From NCBI GenBank assembly GCA_964247055.1, contig OZ176052.1, positions 9,610,001-9,674,000 on the forward strand: a DNA stretch of 64,000 nt, given 5' to 3'. A program made the translations under genes and the position numbers. The notes beneath the pieces are model-generated. The model had not been told where the DNA came from and made no database searches. It saw only the letters and a list, made by a program, of their open reading frames with translations. Positions 14,001-27,010 of the stretch are shown here, in pieces. The first letter of the stretch is position 1. Each line of letters begins with the position of its first letter. The stretch is from Paragordius varius (taxonomy: Eukaryota > Animalia > Nematomorpha).

Positions 14001-17000
14001 CCGCAGGCCATCTGTTATATCTAAATTTCTTATTAATAATTTGTGCACATGTTAAACGGGTTTATTGAAAAAACTTATTGATTTTCATAACATAATGAAT
14101 CAATTTACTAATGTTTCCAAAAAATCCATTTTAAAATTAAAAGGGAAATTTGAGAATTATGTTCTTTATACGACTATTTTTTCCATCTTGACATATAAAA
14201 AATAATTTAAAACATCCTTATTTATTCGCCTAAAAAATTATCGTTAATGCACGGTTATAGGATTGTTGAAAACTCTTAGGAGCGGTTTTTAAAATTTTGT
14301 CCAGACTTTTTAATCAAAAATTTGGAATAAGCTGATGGTTATATATCGTAGTGCGTATAAATTATGGCAAAAAATGGAGTTTTTGAAATTTAGTTGTGGA
14401 TAAGCCTCTCCCAGCTTTCAGATTTTTGAAATGGGCACCACGCTGCATTAAGGGAAATAAACCCCAAAAAATATTCCTGAATAATTTAATAAAAATGTTA
14501 TTAGTAAATCGAATTATCTGGTTGGAAATAAGTAAAGTAATATCATAAATTATATGTTTATGGTTCAATGAGCTTCGAAAAATCAGTAATGTAAAATGAA
14601 AATTTGATGTATATATAAAAAATAGTTCCGATCATAATTAGATAGTATAATTAGCAAACAATTGGATAAGTGTACGTTAGGTTATATATTTATTTTAATA
14701 CTAGCCGGCCCTGTAACGCTTCGCTGTGACGTAGTCTCATCGATATTTATTATTAATAATTTGCAATAAATAGAGGTAATGGAGATATTAATGAAAATAT
14801 TAAATAAAAAAATGTCTTTAATTATTCTTTTACGGGTTTTTGCATATGCTTAAAGATTGTTTACTCGAAATTGACCATATTTAAACTGTCCCTTATGAAA
14901 GTTAATAATTAACTATCATTGGATTTAATTTAAGATTTTCGTTTAACAAAATTATGGTTAAAAGTTTTATTTTGAAATTACGGTCACACAGCTGGGATCA
15001 GGGAATATAAAAAGTAACTCATTTTTATCCCTTTTTAAAGGTAAGAATTATATACAAATTTGCCAGAAATGTGTTTAACTGAACTCGTATGTCTTTTTAA
15101 TTTTTAAATCATCTCCCAAACCACGCCATTTTTGTATGGCGTCTCAGTTTTAAACCGGTAGACCCCTTCCCATAGACCTATATGGAAAAGCGTTGAGTTA
15201 AATTTTTTGCCTTTATAAGGCAAATTATTTGGAATCATCTTTGATACCATCGTTGCATGGGGTTTTCGAAAAAATACCTCAACATTAAATAATCGTTATG
15301 TAATGGCGTATTTTTAGGAGCATAAAGGCCCTAAATTAACGGCTGATTAAAAAAAGCCCGACCTTAATTTTTATCTAGTTACGGGTAATAAATCATTTAA
15401 TGATTTCATATGGCCTCATAAATTTTCTGTAAATTAGTTCCAAAACAACGCAATTTCTATATAGTGGCGCAGTTTTTGGCGGGTAGCTCCTTACCCAGGG
15501 GGTAAAAAAAGCGTTGGGCAAATATTGTGCCTTTACATGGGGAATATCTGGAATTATCATGGTTTCCATATGTTCCTATTAGACATCTGAAATTTGGCTC
15601 CAAAGGCATGCAATTTTGATGTGGTGGCGCAGTTTTAGGCGGGTAGCTCCCTACCCAGAGGCTAATACAAAAAAGCGCTTGATTAAAATTTTTGCCTTTT
15701 TACGGAAAATACCTGGAATCATGAATGATTCCATATGCTCTCATTAGTTTTTGGGCGTGAAGGGCCTTATTATAAGGCTAATTTTAAAAAACCGCACGAT
15801 CTAAATTTTTGCCTGGTTACAGGTAATATTTTAAGCAGTTATTGAACTGATATGGCCCGATAGGTTTTCTGAAATTTAGTCCCAAAAGTATGCTATTTCG
15901 ATATGACGGATCAGTTTTTAGCGGGTAGCTCCCTACCCGGCAGCTAATATAAAAGAAACGCACGACTAAAATTTTTTCCTTTTAACAGGGAATACCTGGA
16001 ATCCTTATTGAATTTTTACGGTCCCATACTTTGGGCGAAAAATAGATTCATATAATTATTTTTGTGGACTTTGTTTTTTGAAAAAAATGGCATTTTACGG
16101 GGGCAGCGGGTAATAAGAGGGCCTAAATTAAAAAAGCGAGCCGACTAGTTCGGCGCAATCGAAAATAAGTAAAAAAATCATATTTGAAATTGAATGGTCC
16201 AACACGTTTTTCGGAAAATTGTCTCAAAGACACGATTTTTGTGGACTTCTGTTTTCAAAAAAAACCGTTTTTTACACGGGGTGGGCCCTAGCCTAATTCA
16301 AAAAAAGGCGAAGCTATGGTCGGGGCATTCATTAATGATTGATTTGAATGGGTCCGGTTTTCCGGAAACAAATCACAAAGCCAACATTTTCCATTTTAAT
16401 AAATATATAATCTACAAAGGTAGTTCGAGAAAAATCAAATCATATCTAATATATATTTGTTATTTTAATGAAATGATTTTCAGACACTCTGGTGAGAATG
16501 ATAATTAAGATTCGAGCAAATAAATTTTAAATTTGAAAATTATCTTTCTACACTGGCCTAAAAAATTAGTAATATATAGAATACTTGGGATGCCTTTCCC
16601 AAAATTATCTTGTCAAGTATATATTCGCGATTTTGAAACTTTCCCCATGATTGCCAAATTTTTGTGGAGGTGGATACAAATGAAATTTTAAAATCAAATA
16701 TTATATCCTTTGACTTTGTTATTGTCTCAGTGTTGATTTTTCTTATTAAATACGATTCAAAATTATCGCCCATTTCCATTAAATTTTATGGCTTACTTTA
16801 TTCGACTTCATAAGTTTATGAGGAGCCAATAATTTCCTTCAGTGCATTTTCCCTCGTATAAGAGTTTCCCTTTAAAACGAAGATCCAAACTGAGCAAACA
16901 TTTGATTATAAACTATTTTTCAACTGATCTACCTCGAACAATATTTTTCAGATATCGAAAACAAGTCAGTGGCCTTTTTACAAGGCCATAAGAGGTCTTT

Positions 17001-19830
17001 ACCCTCTCGACCTGCTCCCAATCTGTTATCTTTGACCAACAATCTAAATTGGCTATTTTATGTATTATTACAACATTAAAAATACGTAATCGTTCTATCA
17101 TGAGATATATCGAGCTTCATCCTGTTATATCCAAGAGAGCTTGCTGAGCCCCAATCATAACTACTTGAGCCGTGTAAGATGGTCGCAAAGTTTTTGAAAT
17201 CTTACGCTCTTTCAATAAATGTCATTTTGGAATTTAAAAATCATTTCTCCCCCTTGGGAATATATGTGGCACATATAGTGAAGCTAATATATATATTTTA
17301 ATAAGTTAGATAACCAATTTTAAAATTCTAACTGAAGTAGCTCAGATGATTAATTCCATTATTTTTTGTTCATCAGATTTTAAATTGCATTAATTGTAAA
17401 AGTGCTCAAGATCTCAAAAACTTTGCGAAAACCATCCTAGACGACTCAATTGGGTATGGCAGCAAGCTCTCTTGGATATAACAAGATGGAGCTGGATAGC
17501 ACGAATGCGTATATATAATATAATAATATTACATAAACAGCCATTAGATTGTTGGTCAGAAATGACTTGGGAGCAGGTTGAGAGGTTAAAGACTTCTTAT
17601 GGTCTTGTAAAAAGGCCACTGACTCGTTTTCGATATCTTAAAAAGGTTATAATTTGAGTTGGATGAGTTGAAAAATAGTTGTATGTTGGAATGTTTGCTC
17701 AGTAGAAAGCAGCAATTCTTAAAAATCAACCGAATGCTTTCCAGTGTATTTGGATCCTTAAAGGGGAACTTTCATACGAGGAAAATACACTGCAAAAAAT
17801 ACCTTATTGGTTCTTCATAGACGTATTACGTCGAATAAAGTAAGTCTAAATTCAATGTATGGGCGATGATTTTGAATTGTATTTAATGAGGAAAAATGAA
17901 CACTCAAACAATAAAAATTCATAAAGGATATAATATTTGATTTTGATAGAACTTCATTTGTATCCACCTTCACAAAAATTTGTGTATTACGGGAACATCT
18001 AAAGTTTAAATATCGCGAATCGTATAATCTTGCCAAAATAATTATGCGAATACCGGCATCCAAGCATTCTATATACTAATACTTAAGGTCAGTGTAGAAA
18101 GATCATTTTCAATAAAGGTTATTTGTTCGAATATTAGATCATCATTGTCACTAGAGAGTCTGACAGCCATCAGTTAAAAACGTTTTGGAACCGGTTCCAA
18201 ATTTAGGCTCAGGTTCCAAACCCTGGTATTGTTAATGTCATGTTCAGTATTCTCTTATATACAAAAATAAAAATTTGTACTTTTCGATTAATCCATTCAA
18301 AAATGTATATATTTCTACCTATACGCCATTAAAGAACCAAAATGTACTAATAGGCAATTTTTAATAATGCATAAATTGATACAAATTTTAACCATAACTT
18401 GTCCAAATTTCCTTAATCCAATACTGATATATATATATTACATAACATCCGCCAAAATTTATATAAATATTATATTATTTATATTCTCCACACACATACC
18501 TATTCACCCGATTGAGTGCGTTTAGGGTTAAAAATAAGCGCTAAAATTCTTACATAATAGGTTTTCGTGCAGTCAAATAGCTTGTTCCGACATTCGAGCC
18601 ACCCGAAGAAGACCAAGAACCCTTCGAAGATGCACTTCGAGGTGGAAATGAAATTCCATCCGTCCTGTAAATAAAGGATTCTCGTCTTGAGTTCACCATA
18701 TTACTGCCTAGTGTTGGGGTTGGGGAAGCTAACAATGAGGTATTACTTCCTAGAGTTGACTTTGTCCCATGAGAGATTGGTGAATGTTGATGTAATTCAT
18801 CTAAAAAACAATTCTTTATGAAATTATTGTTCAAATATAAAGGAGATCACCACAAATATTTATATGATTTGTCATATTAAATTGTTGAATGTAAGATTCT
18901 AAAGAATCTTTTAGTGTATTTTAGCTATTATTCTATAAGATAAGATAAAAGGAAAATAAGTTAGGCTCAAAATTGGTTAATATTTATGTTTGATATATTC
19001 TTCATTTATTTTATTAACGGTTAAACTGAACCCGAACGATCGATAAGAGGTGTAAAATATTTTTCATATTTTGCCAGTACTTTTTTAATTCAACCGCACA
19101 ATTGTTTACAAATGCGGAATTAGTTTATGGACTTCCTTTTTAATTGGTTCAGGACCAATATACCCCCCCCCCCCCCCCTTGAGTCAAATTTACGAAAAGT
19201 GAAAACATATTATATATGCTTTGCTGTAATAGGCTTTCATAAAATTCAAATCGGGTTTTCCACAATAATGATTCGTATGATAAAAGTTTTTTTTTCAAAC
19301 CAAGAGTCGAGATAAGCACTTAAGTGTTCTCAGAAGGGTAACCATTTATTTGGAATTAGTCATGAACGTCCGCGTTCCTTTACGAAAATGCAAAAATTCG
19401 ACTCAATGATTTGAATTAGATTTCAAATTGGTATTATTAAATGTTTTTTAAAATTTAATCAAAACTATTATTAATCCAGTAGATTAAGCATAAAAGGTCA
19501 ATTAATTTTAAAATTACAGGAAATACAAAAATCATTGTGATAACCGTAATTTATTAAATTTACTATATTTTTGGTTTACATTTACCATTCTGCTTTTAAA
19601 AATATCCGATAACCTTTCATATTTAAATGAATACCAATCATCTAATAAATTGTAAAATGTAAACCCAAACATTACCATTAAAAAATTTATTATCATCTTC
19701 GGTATCACTTGCAGTTACTAGAATTATGCAATCATTAGGGTTTTTTAGAAAACTATGTTGGTCATATACTGGTTTGTGTGTGAAAGATGGAGAATTTATT
19801 GGTTGATTTGAACTTGGACAATCTTTTTCT
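3001..19830 (-). CDS. PDE4: cAMP-specific phosphodiesterase PDE4/dunce, long isoform (5' exon not located)
   Basis: Exons (minus): 19676-19830, 18554-18800, 9958-10065, 9709-9752, 9481-9626, 9031-9124, 8303-8681, 6081-6453, 5282-5383, 5033-5194, 4531-4630, 4274-4428, 3860-3976, 3490-3672, 3001-3213; all GT-AG and phase-compatible. UCR1 (RRESFIYR; [17 protein letters not shown]), UCR2 ([31 protein letters not shown]) and catalytic motifs ([63 protein letters not shown]) present. Confidence 0.95.
5716..5992. mobile_element. CAGTAAAA-family Tc1/mariner-type MITE in a PDE4 intron
   Basis: Termini CAGGAAAAAATAAAATTATATAGACAAAA / TTTTGTCTGTATATTTTCAGTTTTACTG with TA flanks; same family as 20609-20899. 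Confidence 0.7.
6480..6853. mobile_element. CAGTAAAA-family MITE with internal ~130 bp tandem duplication
   Basis: Unit AAATTATACGGACAAAAAG...GGTAACACAATCAATTA occurs twice (~6488-6606, ~6621-6738); right end TCCGTATAATTTCAATTTTTACTG-TA. Confidence 0.65.
10101..10155. repeat. (TA)n microsatellite
   Basis: Uninterrupted TA run; similar tracts at ~13596-13620, ~44313-44373 and ~56945-56968. Confidence 0.95.
12731..13236. mobile_element. Degenerate copy of piggyBac-like MITE family (see 45122-45643)
   Basis: Shares AGAGCT.AAT, TTAGATAAAAAAGCTTAT, TTTTGCTGGTAAAATG, GCGGCGAAAAA and AATCGCTCT.GGAT..AAAACTAC..CAAAAGG blocks with copies at ~27130-27490, ~43205-43390 and 45122-45643; ends GCG-TTAA. 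Confidence 0.55.
15130..16150. repeat. Degenerate higher-order tandem array of two ~100-170 bp unit types
   Basis: Unit A (GGCG.AGTTTT..GCGGGTAGCTCC.TACCC...AAAGCG...TGGAAT) at ~15138, 15464, 15624, 15905; unit B (TTTT.GG.GC..AA.GGCC.TA...AAAAA..CG..C) at ~15313, 15750, 16094. Confidence 0.7.
16475..17240 (-). pseudogene. Fossil hAT transposase, C-terminal half (copy 1)
   Basis: Decayed hAT motifs: DIT(G)[10 protein letters not shown] (TRWNS motif), [18 protein letters not shown]|ASVER (dimerisation domain); stops and frameshifts present. Confidence 0.75.
17370..18225 (+). pseudogene. Fossil hAT transposase, C-terminal half plus right terminus (copy 2, inverted relative to copy 1)
   Basis: [17 protein letters not shown]..|[28 protein letters not shown] (hAT dimerisation motif); followed by GGAACCGGTTCC subterminal motifs and a candidate TIR GGTTCCAAACCCTG at 18212-18225. 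Confidence 0.78.
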
Positions 19831-20315
19831 CTATTATCAATAAAAATATCAATAAAAATTTAAAGGTAATTTTTAAGTTATTTTAATACAAAATCTTGCA
19901 TCCATTTCAAAGCACTTAAAATCCTTGAAAACAAAAGGACCTTATTTTTCATGTAATTTTTGAAATCCATCGATATTATTCCCATTATTAAACGATGTAA
20001 AGAATAAAACAAGCTAAAAATTAGGATAAATATCTAATTTAAAAATTTACATTAATATTTAATCATATGGAAAGCAACTAATATCAAAATTTAATTAAAT
20101 CTTGATTAAAATTATTTTTGTGAAAATCCGATCTTTTTCATTTGCATGTTAATACCAATTTTTATTAAATTTAACAAAATTTCATATAAAGCACTTAATA
20201 TTAGAAAAAATTGTAAAACTTTTCCAAAGTAAATATAGGTTTTATATGTGAAATTATGCATCAATTATAGTTTAAAAAAATGATACCTTGTGTTTTAAGC
20301 GTTTAATATTTAGAT

Positions 20316-20596
20316 CAAGGTTGTCGAATACGCGGCCTTCTGAGAGACTTTATGTGCGGCTCGTGAAAAATTTGCAAATTCGTAATTTGCAAACACTAAA
20401 TCTTAGTAAAATTGATATTTCTTAAACAATTTTTTTGATTAAGTCTAACCAATTAACAAAAATAAAAAAAGATGTTATATCGTGATGGTTAACTAATAAA
20501 TTATTTATGAATGCCCATACACTTTTTGAATGTGGTCCTTCGAATTTTTCGAATCAAAAATGCGGCCAGCGAAACAATTTGCGTTGAACGCCCCTG
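20316..20596. mobile_element. hAT-type MITE (281 bp) with perfect 8-bp TSD
   Basis: ATTTAGAT at 20308-20315 and 20597-20604; termini CAAGGTTGTCGAA / TTGAACGCCCCTG; GCGGCC subterminal motifs. Confidence 0.85.
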
Positions 20597-20608
20597 ATTT
20601 AGATTATA

Positions 20609-20899
20609 CAGTAAAAAGTGAAATTATACGGATAAAACGTAAAAATGTAAGGACAATTATTTTTTTTAAAAGACAACCATACTTTTTAGAACCTTAATTT
20701 TTAATATATAAAATATTTAAATACAATCGTAAATTACATAATTGATTGTACTACCAATTTACATTTCTATTATATATTTTGCAGTTTAAAACAATCATTT
20801 ATATATAAAAAAAATCAAGATTCAAAAAATATAGTTGTCTTTTAGAAAAGAATATTTTTATATTTTTACATTGTGTCCGTATAATTTCAATTTTTACTG
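20609..20899. mobile_element. CAGTAAAA-family Tc1/mariner-type MITE (291 bp)
   Basis: TIRs CAGTAAAAAGTGAAATTATACGGA / TCCGTATAATTTCAATTTTTACTG; TA on both flanks. Confidence 0.8.
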
Positions 20900-21397
20900 T
20901 AATTATAAAAAATCCAAATCTTTAACTTCTATCGCAAAATTAATTTCATATTTTTGTGTTTTCGCATCGTATCTTGGTTTATGTTTAAAATCCTATTTAT
21001 AATTTAGAAAAAGTGATTATTTAAATGGGTTATTAATATTTATTTGATTGTAGAGATCATGCAAAATGAATAGAAAAAATCTCGTTTATGTATTATTACA
21101 TGCATGATGTTTGAAAACTAAGTTTCCCTTGTAATTAAATTGTTTTAAGATAGCGTCAATGATTGACTTGGCAGGAATAAAATTGGGTATAACACGATAT
21201 ATAGTAATAAACTTAAATAATGCCGTATAGAGTTAATTATTAGTATTGCCAAGGATTCAACCGATATCTTATCCTGATGTTTTAGCAAAAACCGTTTTAA
21301 ATTGGAACAAACTGGTTCTAGCCAAGAGAATGAACTTTGGTTTTCAATCGCAAGTTTGAAAATAAAATAGGTGTTTCCCCTATGTTTTTTAAATATG

Positions 21398-21653
21398 ATA
21401 TACCCTCGAACAATTCAAATACACCCTTAAACAATTTTAATTGACCCTAAAAATAAGTTATGTGTTTTCGGGCAAATATAACTCTTCATTATTAATGTGA
21501 TTTATTTTTGTATGGCATAGTCTATTATTTTTTTAGTAGAATGCTTATAAATTTTATTTTTTAAAAAAATAAAAAAATATAGCTAGTTATTCTAAAACTC
21601 ATAATTTTTTAGAGTGAAGAATTGTTTGAGGGTAAATTTGAATTGTAAATGGT
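21398..21653. mobile_element. AATTCACCCTT-repeat MITE, degenerate copy
   Basis: Inverted arms built of AATTC(A)CCCT(T/C)(A/G)AAC units, as at 54503-54804 and 63258-63513. Confidence 0.55.
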
Positions 21654-24600
21654 GTGTTATAATTTGTAGAAATATTAAAAATTTCATTGAATAGGGATCT
21701 ATTTTTAAAAATCTTGGGAAAATATGAAGGCATCTCTAATATAAATTGGACAAATTATAATGTCATACCAGCAACTCAAGTTTCTAATAATAATACATAG
21801 ATTTAAGTCTGCGGCCGGAACTTTTCTATGCTTGATTTTACTTCTTTGAACACTTTTAGATACAATAATAATTTAATATTCCAAATATTTTTTAGATAGG
21901 TTATTTTATATTTTATATACATATATTAAACAAAACCATGTTTTATCATTCATAGTTCATTTGGCCATTATAGTTCTTCTAATAAATTTAAAAAATAATT
22001 TTCCTTGAGTCTAAATATAATGATATTATATTCTTATAATATTGAGTTAATTTATGTATAAAAAATATGGTATTCAAATCTTTGAAGGGAAACTCAGGAA
22101 ACATAAGAACCGATTTTAAATTTTTGACCACTCTAATTCCATTTTTGAGAAAATCGACTTATGGTTTCACTTTTTCGACTGGTTCAAAGCCGCCCTAGTA
22201 TGTTGACTATAATTCGAAAATCAATGTATATGTTTGATGCTTGTAAAAATAAATATATTTCATGAAAAGGTAAAACATTTAAAATAGTTCATATAATTAC
22301 ATAGAATTAAAATTATATAAGGTTTTTGAATTTAAATAGGTTTAAATAATGGAAAAGATCGGAAGACAAATATCGTAAAATATATAGATTATTATGATAA
22401 ATTTTTGCACATATACAATTTTTTATGTATACTTGTTTTTCAAAAACGTTATTAGGGTTAAGCCTCTCTTATTTTTACAGCTACTTATAAACCATAACGC
22501 ATGCTGCTAAAATAATAAATTATGATAAATTTAAATCCGATTTGGGTTAATAAATATTACGTCTACACAAATTTTAATTTCCAAAATAAAATTCTTATTA
22601 AAACAATTATTTGATAATAAATACTCAAAATTAAAGGCAAAATATATAAGAATCAGGCTTGTTACATCTAAAAAAAATTTTGTCCAATCCATAACCTGTT
22701 TGTTTGTAAAAAATATAGTTAAACAAAAAATACGAATTTAAGAATATCTTTAAAAACACTTTTTTTGTTATCATGTCAAACCTTTGTAAATTGCCAAAAA
22801 GTCTGATAGTTTAGTATACTAAAATTCTTTAAAGTTGAAAATATTTATATGTACTTAATTATCGCTTTAAGTTTAGTTGAATCAAATTACTTTTGTTCTA
22901 GTGACATTGGAATTCCGGATAAAATTTAAAATTTAAAATCGCTCCTAAAAGGCGTAGATGTATTAATGATATTTCTCCATTTAAGACACGCTAGCACGCG
23001 AATTTATTTTTTACATTTTTTACAATTAAATTTTTTTTTCGATAAATGCAAAAAAGCTCCAAAATTTACTCGTAACATGTATACAAAGAAATTGCTTTGA
23101 GACTAATTATATTATAATTAGAGAAAATAAAAATTTTATGTAAAAATTATTATAAATCCATATCGTTAAAAAATAAATATGCATATTATTAATGTAATTA
23201 AATTATTGGGATAAAGAAAAGATAGCAAAAATAATTGGTGACAAAGTATATATATAGCGGCAAAAAACAATGTTACGAAACCACAGCGATGATAGAAAGA
23301 TAGAAACAACACATCTTTGCTATATTAAAATTAATATTGATATCAAGCAAATTTTCTTTAAAAAATTAGAATTAGAATTTTATGTTTAGCTATTGATAAA
23401 CTAAAAATTTGAATCAAAAACTTCCTTATTACTGTAATGTATAAATTACTATTAACTTTGGTAATTTTATGTGCTTTTTATCCAAAAATGGAACTTTAGA
23501 GAGAGAAGATACTGAGAATCCAAATATACAATTTGTGAAATAAATATTCTTCTTATATTATTATTTATATAAGAATCCCATATAAACTGGTAATTGGAAT
23601 AACAATAAAACAAAAATAAAAATATATATCTTTCTTTTTTGATCTAGATCAGAAATATTTGTACATCTACATATTAAATATTGGAAAAAACAATTTTGTA
23701 AAACTATCGACCAAATAATATTGGACAATCTTTCTATGTTATGTAATCCACTCATAAATCTCTCGTATAATTATCTGCTTACGATAGTTTTTGAACATAT
23801 TTTTCCGATATTTTCTATGGTATTATAGTTGGTATTAAACATATATTGTAAAGTATGGCCATAGTTATAAATCTTCCAAAAACATTTCTTTTCATATATC
23901 TGCTCTAAATCTTTTTAGGTTACATACTTTAAATGGAAGTGTTTAAAATATATATGTTTATCATTATAAGTATTCAAAAAATTCATGATTACAAAATTAT
24001 TTTATTAATTAGTAATAAACAAAGCCATACTCTTATAATATTAATTAGTAAATTTTAACAAAATCAATGAAGATGATGATTAGTATAGATGGTTTCACAT
24101 AGAGGATGGTAAATAATATATTAAAAGAATAGAAGTGCCTACAAAAGTATCACTACAAAGCGTCTATTTTAATTTTTAGACTAAATCTTCAAAGGACCTC
24201 TCTATATTTAAATCAATCATACCATAAAATAAAACAGATTCTATAAATTTTGAAGCCATCTTTATAAAATCAAAAATCCTAACTATAAAAAAACTCTTGT
24301 TATTAGTTGTGTCATAATTAAAATATTATAAGAATTAAGATAGTATCATGCTTTTGAATGGAAAAACAGGACTTCGAATTCTTGGTTTTAAATCCATTTC
24401 ACCAATCCAGGTCCATTTTTAAATCAGGAACCAACTCGGTGTCGGTTCCAACCGTTTAGGAACAACCTTGCTCACTTTTTTCAGCCTAATTCACCTGACA
24501 GCATTATATACTTAAAAATATCATATTTGGTATTTTGAAAGAAATTCTTAAAAACATTATTGAAAAATTCAAATTAATAATAGTGTATCGTAAAACCCTT

Positions 24601-25973
24601 AATTTCCTTCATAGTTGGCAAGAATTATAGAAAGAAATTCCTTAAAATAAGCCGTTGCTAATTATGGTTTAAATAGAGTTTTATCTATTTGTCAATCGAG
24701 AGTTTAATAATATTATAATCAGACGCTAGGGGCATAATATCAATTATTGTCAGCTTAAAAACATTTTGAAGTTACATTTTTCATTTAAAATTTGTATTTA
24801 ACATTGTAAGCTACAAACTATATAAATGATTTATTACAAATTAGTGTTATACTATAATTAAAACACGTAACCAAGGAAAGTTTTAATTATATTACTTGTA
24901 AAAACGGGTGACTGCTAAAAATCACATATATGTGCAGTGTTTCATTGCTAATGCAACGTATTAACCAATATATTACGAATTCTGATGTAAGCTAGTTTTC
25001 CAAAACTATACAAACTTTCAGAATTGGGCATCCAATGTATTAGCATACTTGAAATTATTATAGGAAAATTTGATTTCGAAATATCATTTAACACAAAAGT
25101 GCTAAAATAATTTTGCTAAGCCAGATATCTAGCATGAAACTATATGTATAAACCATAAATAATTAGCATAAAAAATGATGAAAAAAGTATGACTGGTAAT
25201 ATACTAAAATACATGATGCTATATTTGAAAATTTCTGGCTATTATAATAATATTTATTGTTAACTAAACATACCCGTATAATAATATGTCTTGGACCAAT
25301 GTTGCAAACTAGCCCTAAGAAATTATTTGCTCCTACTTTTTTTAAGATTAAATCAAAAATGAAAATTTTTCGGAAGATTATTTTGGTCAGCAAGCGGCTG
25401 TTTATATATTTCGTCTCGATATACAATATAATATTTCTATATCTATCTCAGGTCAGATGATAAATAATAATGCTGTGTTAACGTCCTAAATCTTTTAATT
25501 ATATCTAAATATTGATGTAGAGATGGGTTGAGAATTAAAATAGGGCAATGAATCATATGATTTAATCATAATGAAATTTTTATCTTATAGGTATAACATG
25601 TATTAATGATTTTCAAACCAATAAATTGCAAAATTAAAGGCTTAAAAACTATTGATTTTTAATCCCAAAGGGCCTTGGTATATTTTTTAATCATTTAATA
25701 AATACATACTTCGGCAGAAATTGAGTCGAAAACAATTTTCTATAAAATTTATTGAGAGTATTTAAGAAACACAATCCTGCATCATTTATGTATAGAAGCA
25801 TTAATTTGTGGTTAAATGCCCTTTATTGTTAGGTAAATTCTTGTTTTCAAAATATTTACAATTTAATATTGGCACCACCAACTTCATTCCCTTAAACACT
25901 TATTGCTATGCCTCAATACTTTAAATAACCATTAAACATTTCAAAATTACTTTTAACATTTGATCCTTTATTA

Positions 25974-27010
25974 CAGTCATGTAGACTTTATTTTATTATA
26001 CATTTACTTTTTTTCGTTAAATGGGTATTAATATTTGGTAATGAATATAAAAACAAGAGCAATATGGTATTACCATATCATATTCTTTAAAGAAGTGTGG
26101 GGGAAGGGCGTCAGAAATCTTTGGTAAAAAATGAAAATACACTAACTACTAATACTTCACTCAAAATTATTGTATAAAAGGGTTAGGAAAATCGTAATTT
26201 TTTTCTCAATTATATTTTTTTTTGTTTTGATATGGGAACGATTTTAAAAGGGATATTCACGATAGATTGTAATCCTATTGAAAAAAATTATAATAAATAT
26301 TTTTTTTACCTATACATAAAAATCTATATTTAAGAGGTTAATTTGTTTTGTTTAACACACTTGGATACAACACATTCATTTTTAAGCTAAAACCAAAAGG
26401 TAAAAATTTAGTCAACGTGACATGTGTGCAATGGTAAAATTGAAAGAATACAAAATAAATCTCTTTTTTTACTTCTATCAAGGTTAGATGTGATTTAAAT
26501 AAAAAATTGGCTTTAATTTTACCCTTAACACTAAATTAAGACGACATTTTGCAAATATTTTGTAAAATAAAAATGGCGTCGAAGTTGTTTGTCATGGAAC
26601 TTTTTTTTCGAAACAAAATTTTATTTAGATATTTCGGCATATTTATATAATTTTTATTAGGAAAGAAGCATAAAAATTGGGACCGTTTCTTTGACTAGTT
26701 TAAAAATCCTAACTCAATGTCGTATATTTAGATATCCCAATTCAAATCTAGGTGTTAAATAAAAATTTTATCAAAAAAATTAATATATAAAATTTTGCAA
26801 AAAATTAACAAAAATATTACCATTCCCCTTTAACAATATTTTAAGATTTTCATTTTTTACCAAAGATTTCTGACGCCCTTCCCCCACACTTCATTAAAGA
26901 ATATGATATGGTAATACCATATTGCTCTTGTTTTTATATTCTTTACCAAATATTAATACCCATTTAACGAAAAAAAGTAAATGTTTAATAAAATAAAGTC
27001 TACATGACTG
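25974..27010. mobile_element. Non-autonomous Tc1/mariner-type element (1,037 bp) with ~165-bp near-identical TIRs
   Basis: CAGTCATGTAGACTTTATTTT...CAGAAATCTTTGGTAAAAAATGAAAAT is mirrored at ~26849-27010; TA TSD; no internal ORF. Confidence 0.88.

Noticed and set aside
13430-14060. Possible Tc1-like transposase remnant on the minus strand
   Set aside because: Only vague HTH-like fragments across stops and frameshifts; no DDE motif identified.
23561-23755. ATG-initiated 64-aa ORF as the PDE4 first exon
   Set aside because: No phase-2 GT donor compatible with the acceptor at 19830.
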